Source of the DNA: the human T2T-CHM13v2.0 reference genome, Homo sapiens
Strand: one strand, 5' to 3'
Length of the DNA stretch: 64,000 nt
NCBI RefSeq assembly: GCF_009914755.1
Contig: NC_060932.1
Each line of letters begins with the position of its first letter. Within the stretch, counting starts at the first letter, position 1. The notes under the pieces are model-generated. The model made no database searches, was not told where the DNA came from, and worked only from the letters and a program-made list of their open reading frames with translations. Of this stretch, positions 12,161 to 26,315 are shown piece by piece. Both the position numbers and the translations under genes were made by a program.

Positions 12161-13507
12161 CAGGTATACTTTGGAGATATTGTGGGTGACCAGGTACATT
12201 GCTAATAAGCAGTAATATTTTAAAAAGAATATTTTTTCTAAACAGTAAGTTTTAACCATGAGCTTCACAAATTCAGTAAATCATGCTATAAACAGATGTG
12301 TTGTCATCTAGGCTTTCTTATTCCCTTTAGAGAGAACATGCAGTGCAGATTTAGCATAAATCTTAAGGGCCCTAGAGTTTCTGGGATGGTAAATGAGCAT
12401 TGGCTTCTACTTAAAGTCACCAGTTTCCCCTAAGGAGAGAGTTAGCCTGTCCTCTGAAGCTTTAAAGCCAAGCATTCACTTCAGCTTTCTAGCTATAAAA
12501 ACCCTTAATGGCATCTTCTTCCAATGTATGGCTGCTTTATCTACATTGAAAATGTGTTTGTTTGTTTGTTTGTTTGTTTAAGCATAGCCAATCTTCATCA
12601 ATGATCTTCTGCATACCTTGAAGCAGCTTCTACATCAGCACTTATTCTTCACATTTCACTTTTATGTTACGAAAATGGCTTCTTTCCTTAAACCTCATGA
12701 ACCAATCTTAGTTAGGTTCAAATGTTTTTCCGCAGCTTCCACACCTCTCTCAGCGTTCACAGAACTGAAGAAATTTAGAGCCTTACGGCGGATTAGACTT
12801 TGACTTAAGAGAATGTTGTGGCTAGTTCGATCTTCTATCCAGGCCACTGAAACATTCTCCATTTTGGCAATACATTTTACTTTCTTAAAATTTGTGTATT
12901 CACTGGATAAACACTTTTATTTTCCTTCAAGAACATTTCCTATGCCTTCACAAGTTGGCTAACTTTTTGCACAAACGGCCCAGCTGTCAACCTGTTTTAG
13001 CTTTCAACATGTCTTTCTCAGTAAACTTAATCATCTCGAGCTTTTGATTAAAAACACAGACATGTGACTCTTCCTTTCGCCGAACACTTAGAGGCCATTG
13101 GAGAGTTATTAATTGCCATAATTTCAATATCAGTGTGTCTCAGGGAATAGGGAGACCCTGGGAGAGGTCTTGAGAGGGAGAGAGACAGAGAACAGCTGGT
13201 CAGTGGAGCAGCCAGAACCCACACAACATTTACTGGTTGAGTTTGCCTTCCCAGAAGAGTATGGTTTGTGGCTCACTAAAATAATTACAATAGTATCAAA
13301 TACAGATCACTATAATAGATATGATAATAACAATAATAAAGATTGAAATATTTCAACAATTTCCTGTTATGTTACATAAAGACACAAAGCGAGCACATCC
13401 TATTGGAAAAATGGTGCCAATAGACTTGCTTGACTCAGGGTTGCCACAAACCTTCAATTTATGAAAAATGAAATAGTTGCAAAGTGCAATAAAATGTGGT
13501 ATGCCTG
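12161..13507 (-). mobile_element. Tigger1 (TcMar-pogo) DNA transposon, internally deleted, both TIRs present
   Basis: Left end caggtatactttggagatattgtgggt; right end aaaatgtggtatgcctg followed by TA. Transposase start (ATG GCC TCT AAG TGT, MASKC) on the minus strand at 13098. Frame is decayed. Confidence 0.92.
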
Positions 13508-14776
13508 TACAATTTTATTGAAACAATAAGTAATACAGAAACAAACTTTAAAATTTAATTGTGTTAAAATAGGGAACTTAAACTTGAGAATGCCTATAGA
13601 GAACAGTTTTAGGTGTAGTACGATGATGCTAGACTTTACTTAAGAGATAAGGAAAAACCTAGAAATGAATTCATACATTAAATTATAGTTTAAGTTTTAG
13701 GTTAACACATTTAAGTAGTTACGTTTAACTGTATTTGCAACAATTGAGAGATTGCATATGAGAAAAATAGCTCATCTTCAAGACATTCTCCTACTTTTTA
13801 CATTACAATGACATATTCAATGTATAATGATGACGGTGATACTACTCTATAGAGTATACAAATCATGCCTGTTGAAAAGTATTTCACAATTTTGGTATTT
13901 ACTGGTCATCGAAGCATATTTATTCCAATGAAAATAATGTCTGTGAAATGCCCATCAAAGCATTTCTGCCATTTCAATATTCCTTTTCTGAAATCAAATC
14001 TTTGGGTGTAATAAAATAAGTGAGAACATTTTTAAAAAACTATTATATAACATTTTTTGAAAATTATTATATTTAACTATTGTTATACATACCACATGAG
14101 CCAATTTTTGGTGAACGTTGTTCCTACAATTGCTATTGAAAGATTTAAAAGTTTTAAAAATTATTCCAAAGCAGTTGCAAGAGATGCTATTCAAGGGAAA
14201 GAGGGAGAGAAAGAGAGAAAGAGACAGAGGCAGAGAATGAGAGGCTCACTCATTTTTGCCTTCCTCCTGCCCTATAATTTGGAAGGCACAGCTGAGTTCA
14301 GCTGCAAGTCAGTTGACAGGACAAACTGGGAACTACAGCCAGCAGAAATCAGCCCTTATGCCACAGAGCAGAGCAGGCATGAGCAAGAAATGGAATCAAC
14401 AAGAACAGGGCAAGTTTGGGAACAAATGACAAATCAGTTTTTGGTGAATTGCTTTCAGGAAATAAGTTAATTCACATCATAACCAAAATATTGGGTACAA
14501 AATAATGACAAAGTGATATCTTTCCTGAGCAATAACATATACACATTTTGATTGATACATACAACTTTATATTTTTTGCAACTTGCTTTAATGTGATAAT
14601 CATTTACATCTTAAAATTATGCATTGTTTAAGAATTTTAGATAGTTTTTTAGAGATCATTTAATACCCAATTAATAGGTGAGAAATTTGAAAATGGGAGA
14701 ACTTAAGTGATTTTTCAGACCCTCATTTTCTTACTTTCAGTTATAGGTCATATCTACCATACTGCATACTCTCTTT

Positions 14777-15077
14777 TATTTTTTATTTTTATTTTTTGAG
14801 ACAGAGTCTCACTCTGTCACCCAGGCTGGAGTGCAGTGGCACAATCTCAGCTCACTGCAACCTCTGCATCCTGATTCTCCTGCCTCAGCCTCCCAAGTAG
14901 CTGGGATTATAGGCACCCGCCATCATGTCTGGCTAATTATTTTTATTTTTATTTTTTAGTGGAGACGGGATTTTGCCATGTTGGCCAGGCTGGTCTTGAA
15001 CTCCTGACCTCAGGTGATCTGCCCACCTCGGCCTCCCAAAATGCTGGGATTACATGTGTGAACCACCATGCTCGACC
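14777..15077 (-). mobile_element. AluS (Sx/Sz-like)
   Basis: Full dimer. TSD catactctcttt (14765-14776) / catattctcttt (15078-15089). Confidence 0.95.
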
Positions 15078-15424
15078 CATATTCTCTTTCAAAAGTTCTG
15101 AGGAAATATATAGTTAACTTATAATAAGTGATACACAGATCATATAGGTGAGATTATAGCAATATTTATACAAAATGTGCATATGAATTCAATTTAAGAG
15201 AATTGTGAATACAATCTAAAATCTACATGTTATATATAATACAAGTCTATAAAATACATACAAAATGATAATTACACATTTTAAAAGGCGTGTCATTGAT
15301 GGTCCTGCTAACCCATTCTTCTGACAATAATCTGTCAGTAGAAAACTACAAATCATTTGTATTGATAATGTTTTCTGTAGCAATTAGAAAGCTTAAACAT
15401 CATTCCATTTGTAACATGTAGGAC

Positions 15425-15815
15425 ACTTAATTGAAACCAATAGAAATCTTAGCTTATTTAAACAAAAAAAAAAAAAAAGAAAAAGAGTATTGTGTAGCTC
15501 AAAAATTCTGGAAAACTATGCAGAATCTATTTTGGAAACTGAGTATCACAAAAAGGAGGTTATGGAGCCAGTCACAGCCAAATCATGCTGCACAATTAGG
15601 ATGGCGAGAGCAATGCTGACTCTGAAGCTGCAGCTGAGCCCTGAAGTCCATAGCTTGCACTGGGACACTTGGCTCCGAACTGACACTCTGCCAGCAATGC
15701 TGGGCCTTAAAAATGTTTGCTGCTACTGCTTCATCGAGAAAGGAATCTCTGTTGCCTCTCATTATTTGCATCACTTAATCGTAACTCAAAGTAGGCAGCT
15801 GATTGGCTAAGATTA
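15425..15815 (-). mobile_element. Old MaLR LTR (MLT1N2/M-like)
   Basis: gtagctcaaaaattctgg...cacagccaaatcatgctgcac...ttgcatcactt...gctgattggctaag resembles ancient MLT1 in antisense. Confidence 0.5.
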
Positions 15816-15829
15816 GTTTAGTAACCACT

Positions 15830-16293
15830 GGGTGTGAAATGCTTAGTAACTACTCCCCAAAATATCTGGAAGAACCTTTTGAATTGAAGAGGCAAGAAAA
15901 CTACATACTACATTTCTGATACCCTTTTTTGCAGAAAGGATACTTGATACTTCATTTAAAGCTCAGAGTTGTGTCTGTATCTTCAAGACTTAGATTCAGA
16001 GCTGAGTTACTTGGCTATATGAGGAAGCCTCTTTGCTGATACAGATCATGTAGTGATGGTGTGCGAAGTCCTAGACAGCAGCAATTTGATTCAACAACAT
16101 TCTGACAGTGGTGAGAGGCAGAAGCTCTCTTCTCTACACAACTCTATGGTGAGATTTTGGGAATCAGTCCTAGAAGCGTAGCCTTTAATCTTCTTAATGC
16201 TGCTTTGGGCCACCTACGCCTCAATAAACTTCTTCATGTTTAAATATGGTACAAACAATTCTATTGCCTGTAAATTGAGAATGCTCATTAACA
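15830..16293 (+). mobile_element. ERVL LTR (LTR33-like), putative 5' LTR of the downstream internal region
   Basis: aaaactacat...catttct, gattcagagctgagtta, and a 3' end aataaacttcttcatgtttaaa...ttctattgcctgtaaattgagaatgctcattaacata. Confidence 0.6.
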
Positions 16294-16755
16294 TAATAAA
16301 TGGAATCTGTCGTAGTTCCCTGTTACAGACTCCAAGAAAATAAGAATTTACAGATTGTTTCTCCGGGTTTGTTTGAAGAGTGTGAGAATCCATTAACCTT
16401 AGAAAAAGGGACTGGACTCTGGAATTGCAGGACACTCAAAACAGTTACATTAAATCCTGCGGTTTCCTGCATGAAGTGTATTGAAAACAACCTTTGGGGC
16501 ATCAAGTGGCTGGTGCAGTAAACAATTATGGGGACTCACGGAATACGTATAAGAAGAGAGGAGTAGGTCAATTGCTTATAATTACAATCAAGAATTTAAG
16601 GTGAAAATATTAGGCTCAAAGTACAAATTCTCAGCTCAATTCAGAGTACAAGAAGACATGGACAATCTTATAGTGTCATAAAATATTCTCTCATCTTTGT
16701 TGCTGCAGGGCTTACATATCTGAAATTCAGTTGAATTCAGACAAAATTCAAGTGA

Positions 16756-17724
16756 TATAGTGAAACGGAGTTTGTGATGTCAACTTGCCTAAGGTAAGTA
16801 GAACTAAGGATCCCAGAATTCCCTCGCAATGGTTTCCATGTTTTTGCCCCTCCAAAATTCATGTTGAGACTTAATTCCCAAAGCAACAATGTTGGGAAGT
16901 GGAGCCTTCTGAAAGATGTTTAGGTCATGAAGGCTCTCATTTTCATGAATGGATGAATGTCACAATGAAAAGAGCTTGTCAAAGTAAGTTCACTCTCCTC
17001 TGCTATTCTACCATGTGAGGAAAAGTGTTCCTTCCCTCAGGAAGCAATAGTATTCAGCTTGCTATCTTGGACACACAGAGCAGGCTCTTACCAGATACCA
17101 AGCCTGTTACAGTGCCTTGATCATAGATTTTTCAGTATTCAGAACTAGGAGAAATAAAGTATTGTTCTTAAAAATTACCCAGTCTGTGGTATTCTACTAC
17201 AGCAGCAGAAAACACATTAAGACATCCTTTTTGGCATGGTTCCATGTTACAGTTGCTCAAAAGAAAAATTTGCAAACAATTTGGAAAGCAGAAAAGAGTA
17301 ACAGTAACCATTACTCTCAGGAGGCCATTATGGATAGAGGTGATAAGAGACACATGTAGAAATACTAGCAGATTTCAGCTTGTCTTTCTTATCTACTTGG
17401 AGACAGACAAATGCAGGAATACCAATAGATTGCCATTTGTCCTCACTACCCAGCACTCCATGTCCAAATTTTGTTTTATTACGGTCCCAGCTGACCCATA
17501 ATAACTCCACAGTCATTCTCATCAGGTGCCTTTAGCAGCCCTCTCTGACACACCTGGCAATAGGAGGCTGGCAAGTGAACTGCCTTTCATCCTTTATCTT
17601 CCCTTTTAGATCCTTGCTTCCCCAGCTTCCTCCACAGTAGTGCAAGAGAGTATTCCTATTTAAAAATCCTTATTCTATATTACTTATAGTGTTTTGCCTT
17701 TCTGACTGCAACTTCATTGACACA
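16756..17724 (+). mobile_element. ERVL LTR (LTR41-like), split by MSTD
   Basis: tttgtgatgtcaacttg...cccagaattccct, resuming catggttccatgtta...ccattactctc, ending ttcctatttaaaaatccttattc...ctgactgcaacttcattgacaca. Confidence 0.75.
16825..17224 (+). mobile_element. MSTD-like MaLR solo LTR
   Basis: cccctccaaaattcatgttgagacttaat...aaattacccagtctgtggtattct...cattaagaca. TSD tccct/tcctt. Confidence 0.85.
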
Positions 17725-18691
17725 TCTTGCAAAAGGATATCGTCTTTAGCCTCATCTCAACAAACCCTCATTACCAATCTAGAGCCCAGTGTCACTCCAT
17801 GGACCATATAAAGTCAATATCAGAAGCAAATTTTTGAATATCAAAAGAGCTGCAAATTTCCCACTTATATTGGCACAAATTTGAGGAATGTGTGTAGGGA
17901 TTGATTTTGTTGGGGGCTGCACAAAACAAAAAGGAATAGAACTTAAAATTGGGTTGAGTTTATCAATATGGGTACTCCTAAATGAATTGCAATGTATCAT
18001 CTCATTTTGATTAATAGGGGATGATTCAAATCATTTGCTTGGCTGGTTAATTAAATCATAATCTCAGCATTTGCCTATATTGAACTTAGAAAGAGATAAA
18101 CACAATTAATTAACCCACTCATTAATTATGTCCACTAAGGGGGCCAAAATAATCCCCCTTAATAATGACATTGACATATATTTTGAGTAGGGTCAATATC
18201 CTTGAAAAGTACTTTAGTAACTCTCATGGCCATCAACTTTCCATTACTTAAATAAGTTTATATATCCAGAAGTCATTGAGTTAATATATCCAGAAGTTTG
18301 ATATCTCTATGGAAACACCCTACAATATCACCAAAATCTTATTTCCGGTTTTGTATTCAGTCAAGTTATAGACTCATGTCAACAAAAATTGTCAACATGT
18401 CTACTGATTATTGAATGCTGACTTTAGAGAATGTTAATCCCCGAGTCACAGAATAAAGACATCTAGGGTTCAGGTGGTAAATAGAGTTTGGCCTGAGTCC
18501 ATCTATAGTGGTGTGGTGATACCAGGAACCCATTATGTATTGGTAGCAGACATGTGGACTGCCCTTGCCACGGTTGATCCCATTATATCACCACTACCTG
18601 CCCAATCTGCCAACGGCAGAAACCAATACAAATCTTAACAAGACATCACAATTAGAGTAAGGGGAAAATGTAGGATCAGCCAGCCACTTGA

Positions 18692-19013
<322 letters not shown>

Positions 19014-19839
19014 CACTTGACTATATTTTTATTTATTTTTTTACTATCTTCTACCGTGGAGGAAAGAATCTGTTCTCCTTAAAATAGATATTTGCTCTAG
19101 ATATGGGTTTGCCTTCCCTGCATACTGTGCTTCAGTTGTAATGCTAATCACAGAATTACTATAAATGTCATTCTAAGTTATGCTACTTTATACAGCTTTG
19201 CTTCTAAGCCAATAATAACTCATTTTATAGCAAAAAGCATGCTCTAGCATTGAGAAACAGCTGGTCATGTAGAAAGATGTAATGACTTACTGAAGATTCA
19301 GTTAGTGTCAGGTAGGAAACAACTTGTGAGCTTGAGTTGCTTTCTGCTAACATGAGATATATATTATGCATTAGTGAATAGAAGATTGTTTCTTCAGGAG
19401 TCTGAGGAATCAATAGGTGAAATAGAGGGGATGCCTCTGACTGTTCTGCCTAATTATCAGTGTCTCAACTTTTTGATTCCTGAGAACATGAAAAGAGTTA
19501 CATTGTACTGGGACCTGAGACTGACATTTGACAATATTGGGTCAATTGAACTCAAGACCAATACACTGAAGAGTTGTGTTGATCGAGGTGATTAAAGTGG
19601 TTTATCAAGAGAAAATGAGGTTTCTGCTACAAGATGGGGATAGGGAAGAAAATACATGTAACCTAGAGAACTCTCTTAAGCTATCTCCCAGTATTTGTCT
19701 AATAATAAATGATAATAAAGGATCTGGAAAATCTAATCCAGGTAGGAACATCAAGATATGAAATATTTCAGAGAAGATTTAGGTTACTCACTAAAGGAGG
19801 TGCAAACTTACAGAACATTGTCAGCATGAAGAAACTTTT

Positions 19840-20950
19840 CAGCGTGATACAATTTTTACTATTGTGTTGACTGTTTCATAGCTGTATACATATGTGTAAA
19901 TTACCAAATTGTTCAATTATAACATTTACTTTCTATTAAATGTCAATTATTAGTAAAGCTATGATTTTAAAATAGACAATTTTATAATCTTATGTCTATT
20001 AAGGAAATTAGAGTATTTAAAGATATTCCTACAAATAAAACTCCATGTCCAGTTGTCTTTACTGATAAACTCTATGACAATTTTAAAAGAAGAAATAATG
20101 CCATTCAATTCAATTCTACACAAACTTTTCCAGAAAAATTAAATGGAAGAGAATACTTTTCCTTTAAATCACAAGGTAAGCATTACCCTTATTAAAAAAC
20201 AGTTTCAGAAAATATAAGAAAATAAAACTACATAAACATAGAAGTAAAAGTATTACCACAAAATTTCAAAATCAAAGCCAACTATATATACAGGAAATAC
20301 ACCATGATTAAAAGAGATTTATCCCAAGAATGCAGTTGTTTTGACATTTAAAAATTAATTAGTGCAATTTATCACATTAGCAAACTGAGAAGAAAAATCA
20401 TATAATTATCTACATGAATATGGAAAAAGCATTTTACACTAATACTTATTCCTATGAAAATTTCCAACAAATAGAAACAATATTCTTCAATATTAAAAGG
20501 AACATTTACCAAACCTTGCAACTATCTGCAGATCCAATGGTAAGATTTCATACCTCTTTATAAACTCAGGAACAAGGCAAGGATGTTAGCTCTCTCACCA
20601 CTTCTTTTCAATGTTGTACTGGAGACCTAGCCAGCACAAAACAAAACAAAACAAAAAAAACAAAAAAAAAAAAAAAGAAGAAAAAAAGAAAGAAATGAAA
20701 AAAAGTTATCTAGATTCATAAGAAAAAATTAAACTCTTTGCACTTTCTTGTCAATGATCTGGTAATCATTGAAGAAAATCCTATGGAATCTACAAAAGTA
20801 GTACTTGAAATAATATGTGAGTTTAGCAAGTTTGCAGACTACAAAACAAGAGGATAAAAATCAATTGTGTGTATATCTGTGTGTGAATAAAATAATCTGA
20901 TATTGATATTTTTAAAAGCTACCATTTTTTATATTTAAAAATATTATTCC
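19840..20950 (+). mobile_element. Old L1 fragments: L1ME-like 3' end (~19840-19965), then L1M ORF2 (RT region)
   Basis: aaactcaggaacaaggcaaggatg...caccacttcttttcaatgttgtactggag ([13 protein letters not shown]), gagtttagcaagtttgcag. Confidence 0.75.
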
Positions 20951-21039
20951 CTTGTTCCAACCTTCAGTATTCACATACTAAAAAAAATAAATAAACTAAT
21001 AAATTTTAATGACAAAAGGGAGGTTTTTCACTGTCAGGG

Positions 21040-21610
21040 AAGAAATAGGAAGTAAGATAGGACAGACAACTTCAATTAACTCTGTGGTAATGAATTACAG
21101 TCAGTCATATATGTACAAATTCATATTGATTTCAGTTTACATTCTAATGGATGGCTACAGAAATAAATATTGATTTGTATGCATACATGGATTACTAAAC
21201 ATACATATATTTTTTAGCTGTATATGTTGGGGGGATCTAGAGAAAGCAGCATTCGAGTGGCAGTGAGCATGCCAGCACCTGGATGTGGTTTCCACATCCA
21301 ATTCTTCAAAAGGAGAATTGGGGCTTCCTGGAGAAATGGATGACTTAAGGGCTGGGGCAGGAAAATTCAAGATGAGACTTGAGCATCCTGTAATACCATG
21401 AAGTAAGGGAGTGTTAAATGAAACAAAAAAAATGAGGGCATGCCAGACGGATACAGGTGCAAGCTTTTGTGAGTGCCCAATGGTCTAACTGGTAACAAAA
21501 TAAAGGACAATAGTGTTGGATTACAATCCATGGAATAATAGGTGTTTCTACCAGTCATACTTATATAAATAAGTAATTAAATAATGGAATGAATAATAAA
21601 TGAGAGGGCA
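21040..21610 (+). mobile_element. L1MC/L1MD-type 3'UTR fragment
   Basis: gggcttcctggagaaatggatgacttaagggctggggcaggaaaattcaagatgag is typical of L1MC3/MD 3'UTRs. Confidence 0.65.
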
Positions 21611-21649
21611 GGATAAGAAGGTGTCTAATGTAGATATTGTCTAGTTGAA

Positions 21650-21775
21650 TTCTCACATTGCTTTAGAGGTAAGTAATATATTCTCATTTTATATTGGAGA
21701 AACTGTAGGGTCAGTGTAGTTGGTTACACAACTAGTTTGAGGAAGTACAAACATAGTAATTCATGTGTTTCTACT
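21650..21775 (-). mobile_element. MIR fragment
   Basis: gaggtaagtaatatattctcattttatattggagaaactg resembles the antisense MIR core. Confidence 0.6.
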
Positions 21776-22672
21776 TTAAAAATCACCCTTTTATTTCAAT
21801 ATTTTCACTCTTTTTAGCTGATCCCTGTTAAAAGCTTTTTTTTCTGAGTAAAAATTGAATTTATAAGGTATACATTGTGTTTAAGAGAAAAAAAAATCCC
21901 TTCATTTAGCACAGGAGTAGCTTCTTGCAGTTCTCCATGTGAGAGTTGGAATTTTATGTTCAAGAAATTAAGAATCTCCGTTTTCTACATATTTGGTCAT
22001 GGGAGAACCATATCTCCAATTGCACATACGGTACTAACATTAGGTGGTGTGAATATTTGCCACCTGCTGGCTTTTAGATTAGAGGTATCCACAATACTGT
22101 GTCTTAAGAAAGCATTTGTGTTGACCGTGTTCCCACAGACCAGAAAATAAAATATTTTTTAGTGCTATTTATTTCGCCATTTATTTTATGACATGTTCTA
22201 TTAAATTCCAACACTAAAAGTAGCCATATGCATTTGTGAAACATTGCTCTGTTTATAACAATATTTCTATTTTTAGTGACCTGGAAATATTTGAATCTGG
22301 AATATAAAACAACTTTTTATTTACTGTGAGGGATTCACATTTATTTGTTTTGTTTTACATGAAAAAGGGGGATACTATTTTACTCAGGAAAATATGTATA
22401 AGATATCTCTTAAATATATTATACAAAACTGCCTTTAGTCAGCATTTCTTGGTGTCAAATGTCTAGTATCTGATGTTTTATAATAGATGATAAAGTCTCT
22501 ACTATCAAGTTACCAAAAAGTTATAAAAATAACTACAAAAATAATACTAGGTGTATATGTGGGAAGTAATTAAAATAAAACTAAATATTTATTCCTAATA
22601 AAGAAAATTTGAGGATTAAGTTGAGAGTAAGCAGGCCGCTTAGATGTTTGGTAATGGAAATAGACATGCTTT

Positions 22673-22763
22673 TCTAAATCTCAGCGTCCACATTAGTAAA
22701 ATGTAGCAACTTACAGTACAGTACCTACTTCATGGAGTAATGGTGAGAGTGACATGAAATAAT
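22673..22763 (+). mobile_element. MIR core fragment (near-copy of 24613-24703)
   Basis: ctcag...taaaatg...agtacctacttcatgg...gtgag matches the MIR core. Confidence 0.7.
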
Positions 22764-23009
22764 AAAAGGATCTTCAAAAATCCAGATAAAGGCATAAGCA
22801 AAAAGAAACATAAATTTGTAATCTAGTTTTTTGAAGAAAGACCTCTGAGAGGGAGTTAAATTATTTACATAGTTTACAGTTAAAGTTCTGTAGAGAAAAC
22901 ATCAAATCCTATCATTGCTTTCATTCTGTGTATAACACTATCTTTAATCAAAATCTATGACTTTGGTCATAATATGTAAATTGTTTGAATAAGGAGATAT
23001 TTATTCTTG

Positions 23010-24110
23010 TCATTTATTTATTAATTTTGTAAACACCTGTTTTGTCAAATTTGTTTATGCTAGGTCTGGAAGCTGTAACAACAAACTATTCTATTTGTCT
23101 TGAAAGAGGTGGCAGTTTCAAGAAGTAACAACTTTAAAACAAATTATAATTTATCTACTACATAATAATGTGTGGAATAGAAATTTCCCTCAGAGAACAA
23201 AACAAGGAGCCTCACCTAATTTAGTACTCACATACCAGGGAATATTTTCTTTCTTTAAGAAAATATTCTATGTCGAGGGCTAGAGGTGATTAAAAAGTTA
23301 GCAAGATAAAGGGCAGGGACAGGGATGGACAGTGTCGGGAAGAGAGACAAGAATGAGTGTTCCATTGACAGAAGCTTAGACACGGCCTAACAGAGAGTGA
23401 CAATGGGAATCGTTGGAAGAACCACAACCAGAATAGCACTGTAGAAATGTTTACAAGTGGCCATACTAAGAAAGAAATAGGGAACAAATATTAAAAGGAC
23501 TTATAATCATTTGTACGGAAATAGAGCTTAGTATCGAGATTAGGGATATTTTTGAAGTGGTAGACTTAACGAGGTGAGGTGATATAATTAGCTATGCAGA
23601 ATGGCACACAGCACTGGTGATTGGTTTGGACAAGTGTTGGGGTCATGTTCTAAAAGGAGGCGAATTTTTCAAGGGGGCTGCAGGGCACTGATGAGATTAC
23701 CTTTTAGCCTACTGAATTTGATTGGCCTACTTTACATCCCAGTGAAGATGTCCACCAAGAACTTGGTCTGGAGCTCAACAGAGAGTTCTTGGAAGGAGAC
23801 ACAGATTTAGCTCATCATATTATATGAGTAATTTAATTCACAGGCAGTACATTACATTTCTCATCAAGTTTGGGTCTAGCAATAATGGAAGAGTGCCTAG
23901 AAGTCTCAAAAATGTATTACATAGTCAGAAAAATAGTTCCAAAGGGATAATTTGAAGTGTCACATCAGCAAAAGGAAAATAAAAGGAGTATAATGTCAAT
24001 GATGTTAGGGACAAAAATTATTCCAAGGTGTGAGTATTCAACCATCTCAAGGGCTACAGAGACGTCTGTAAGACGAAAAGTGTGCAGTGGATTTAGCCAC
24101 TGTGTGCTGT
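23010..24110 (-). mobile_element. L2 LINE 3' region, highly decayed
   Basis: catttatttatt...aaacacctg...tgctaggtctgg at the 3' end; gtctggagctcaacagagagttcttggaaggagacacagattt internally. Confidence 0.55.
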
Positions 24111-24492
24111 TCATTAAGTCGGTAAATTCAGTACTGTAAATCTGAAAGCAAGGGTAAAAGAGCACAAGGGTAGTAGCATTTGCAGTATTCAACTCACAGT
24201 AATCAACTCTAAGTCAGTCACTATTGAATATTTGTTGAAAGACTGCAAAAACATGAACTTGTTTATCAATTCTTAGAGCATAGAACTTAGGTTTAAACTA
24301 TCGAGCTTCAAAGAAAGTGTTCTAAAACAAATTTAAGCAAGTATTCAGTAGGATTGTGCAGTAAATAGTTTTCTCTGTCTGGACTAATATCATATAGATT
24401 ATATTAACTATATCAAGGAAAGATGAAAGTTCTCATGCAGTAAGAAATCTTATAGGAAAGGTTTTTAAAATGGTCTGGTAGGCCTACTCAGG

Positions 24493-24785
24493 TAGAATGT
24501 AGTGATTGAGATAATAGTTTCAGACTTTGATTGTTACATTATTAAAATTTACTTGCAATATCAAAAATTATTACCTATATGATATTAACAGTTTACCTAA
24601 TTTTTCTAAGACTCTAAATCTCAGTGTTCACTTTATTAAAATGTAACAACTGATACTACAGTGCCTACCTCATGGCGTTATGGTGAGGAAGGCATAAAAT
24701 AATCCATAATAAAGCACTCATAAATTAATGTCTGACATATGCTAGAGTCTCAATAAATATTTGCTCTATTGTTGTTATTATTGTT
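24493..24785 (+). mobile_element. MIR SINE, near full length
   Basis: tagaatgtagtgattgag start; core cagtgcctacctcatggcgttatggtgagg; tail tctcaataaatatttgctctattgttgttatta. Confidence 0.75.
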
Positions 24786-24888
24786 TATGATGAATCACCA
24801 TAAAATCTTCTAAAAGATTATATCTTCAATTAAATGGCTAAGGGAATGTATTATGCCTGAGTAAACAAAAATCACTTCTTAGTTGTAG

Positions 24889-25218
<330 letters not shown>

Positions 25219-26315
25219 CCAGATTCTTATAGAGTAAAATAATTGCATATATAATCCCTGCTTCCTCTCCATCTCTCCAACATGAGGGAACAAACATAAA
25301 ACAAGAAGTAACAAAATTTATCTATTGTAGCCTTTGCCCTCTGCCCAAGTATAAAATAACTGGAAACTGAAAGTTTCATTTCTCACAGAGCATTTGCTTC
25401 AAGCAGGAAACTTTATTGTCAGGACTAGCATCCTCAAGGATGTTTATTAGAGTGAGAGGCTTCATTTATTCCTCAGATTATTTTTACAGTCATTCATACT
25501 GATTTCACTTTGCTAACAGTGTGGAACTTCAGGTTACTTTGAGTTCCCCAGAGAGTTAAAGACTACAGGGCAGAAGAAATTGCCCCCAATCAATTTATCT
25601 GTCTTTCCACTATTTTCAATATGTTTAGTCCTAAACTGAAACACATTTCAATAATATTAAATTATAGAAAATGATAAGAAAATCTGTATTTATGTTGTTA
25701 TGGTAAGCAGATATAAACAGCATATAAAAAGTGTCCATTTTTACTGTTTTACATAACTTTAAGTAGCTCATAAGTTTTCTGTTCAAACTTTTTGTTTGTT
25801 TGTTTTACCACAGGCCAAATGAAACCATTTTATTTTTAGTTTATGTTTTATAACTTTGTTTTGGAAATCATCACCTATAAATTATTCATAACAAATTCCT
25901 ATTGCTCAGTCTTTTCATGAAGCTATCCATAATATATTATGAATGCTTCTGTTCAAAAACATTTTAAGAACAGAGACTTTATAAAGATGTGAGGAATGGA
26001 ATCCATTAGATCATTTTTGAAGAAGTAATGCAGTGGCAACACTAGCAAAAAGAGAATGATCACCAACTATAATGATGACATATATACATATATTTTAGGT
26101 GTTTATTTTTTTTTTACTATTAGGTTCTGACTATAGAAATTGCAATAATAAATCACATTGATTACAGTTCTTAAAATAATTTTGTTTTTAATAAACTTTA
26201 TGTGGAAACAGAAAATACATTTGGACACTTTGAAGAAACTTTGCAGTAATATGTTCTTTCACTTTTCTTTAGTTTACAACTTCAGCAATGCCCCATTCTA
26301 CTGCTATCAATATAC

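Noticed and set aside
14057-14470. 137-aa ORF
   Set aside because: Non-ATG start, crosses a GA-rich simple repeat, no recognisable homology or exon structure.
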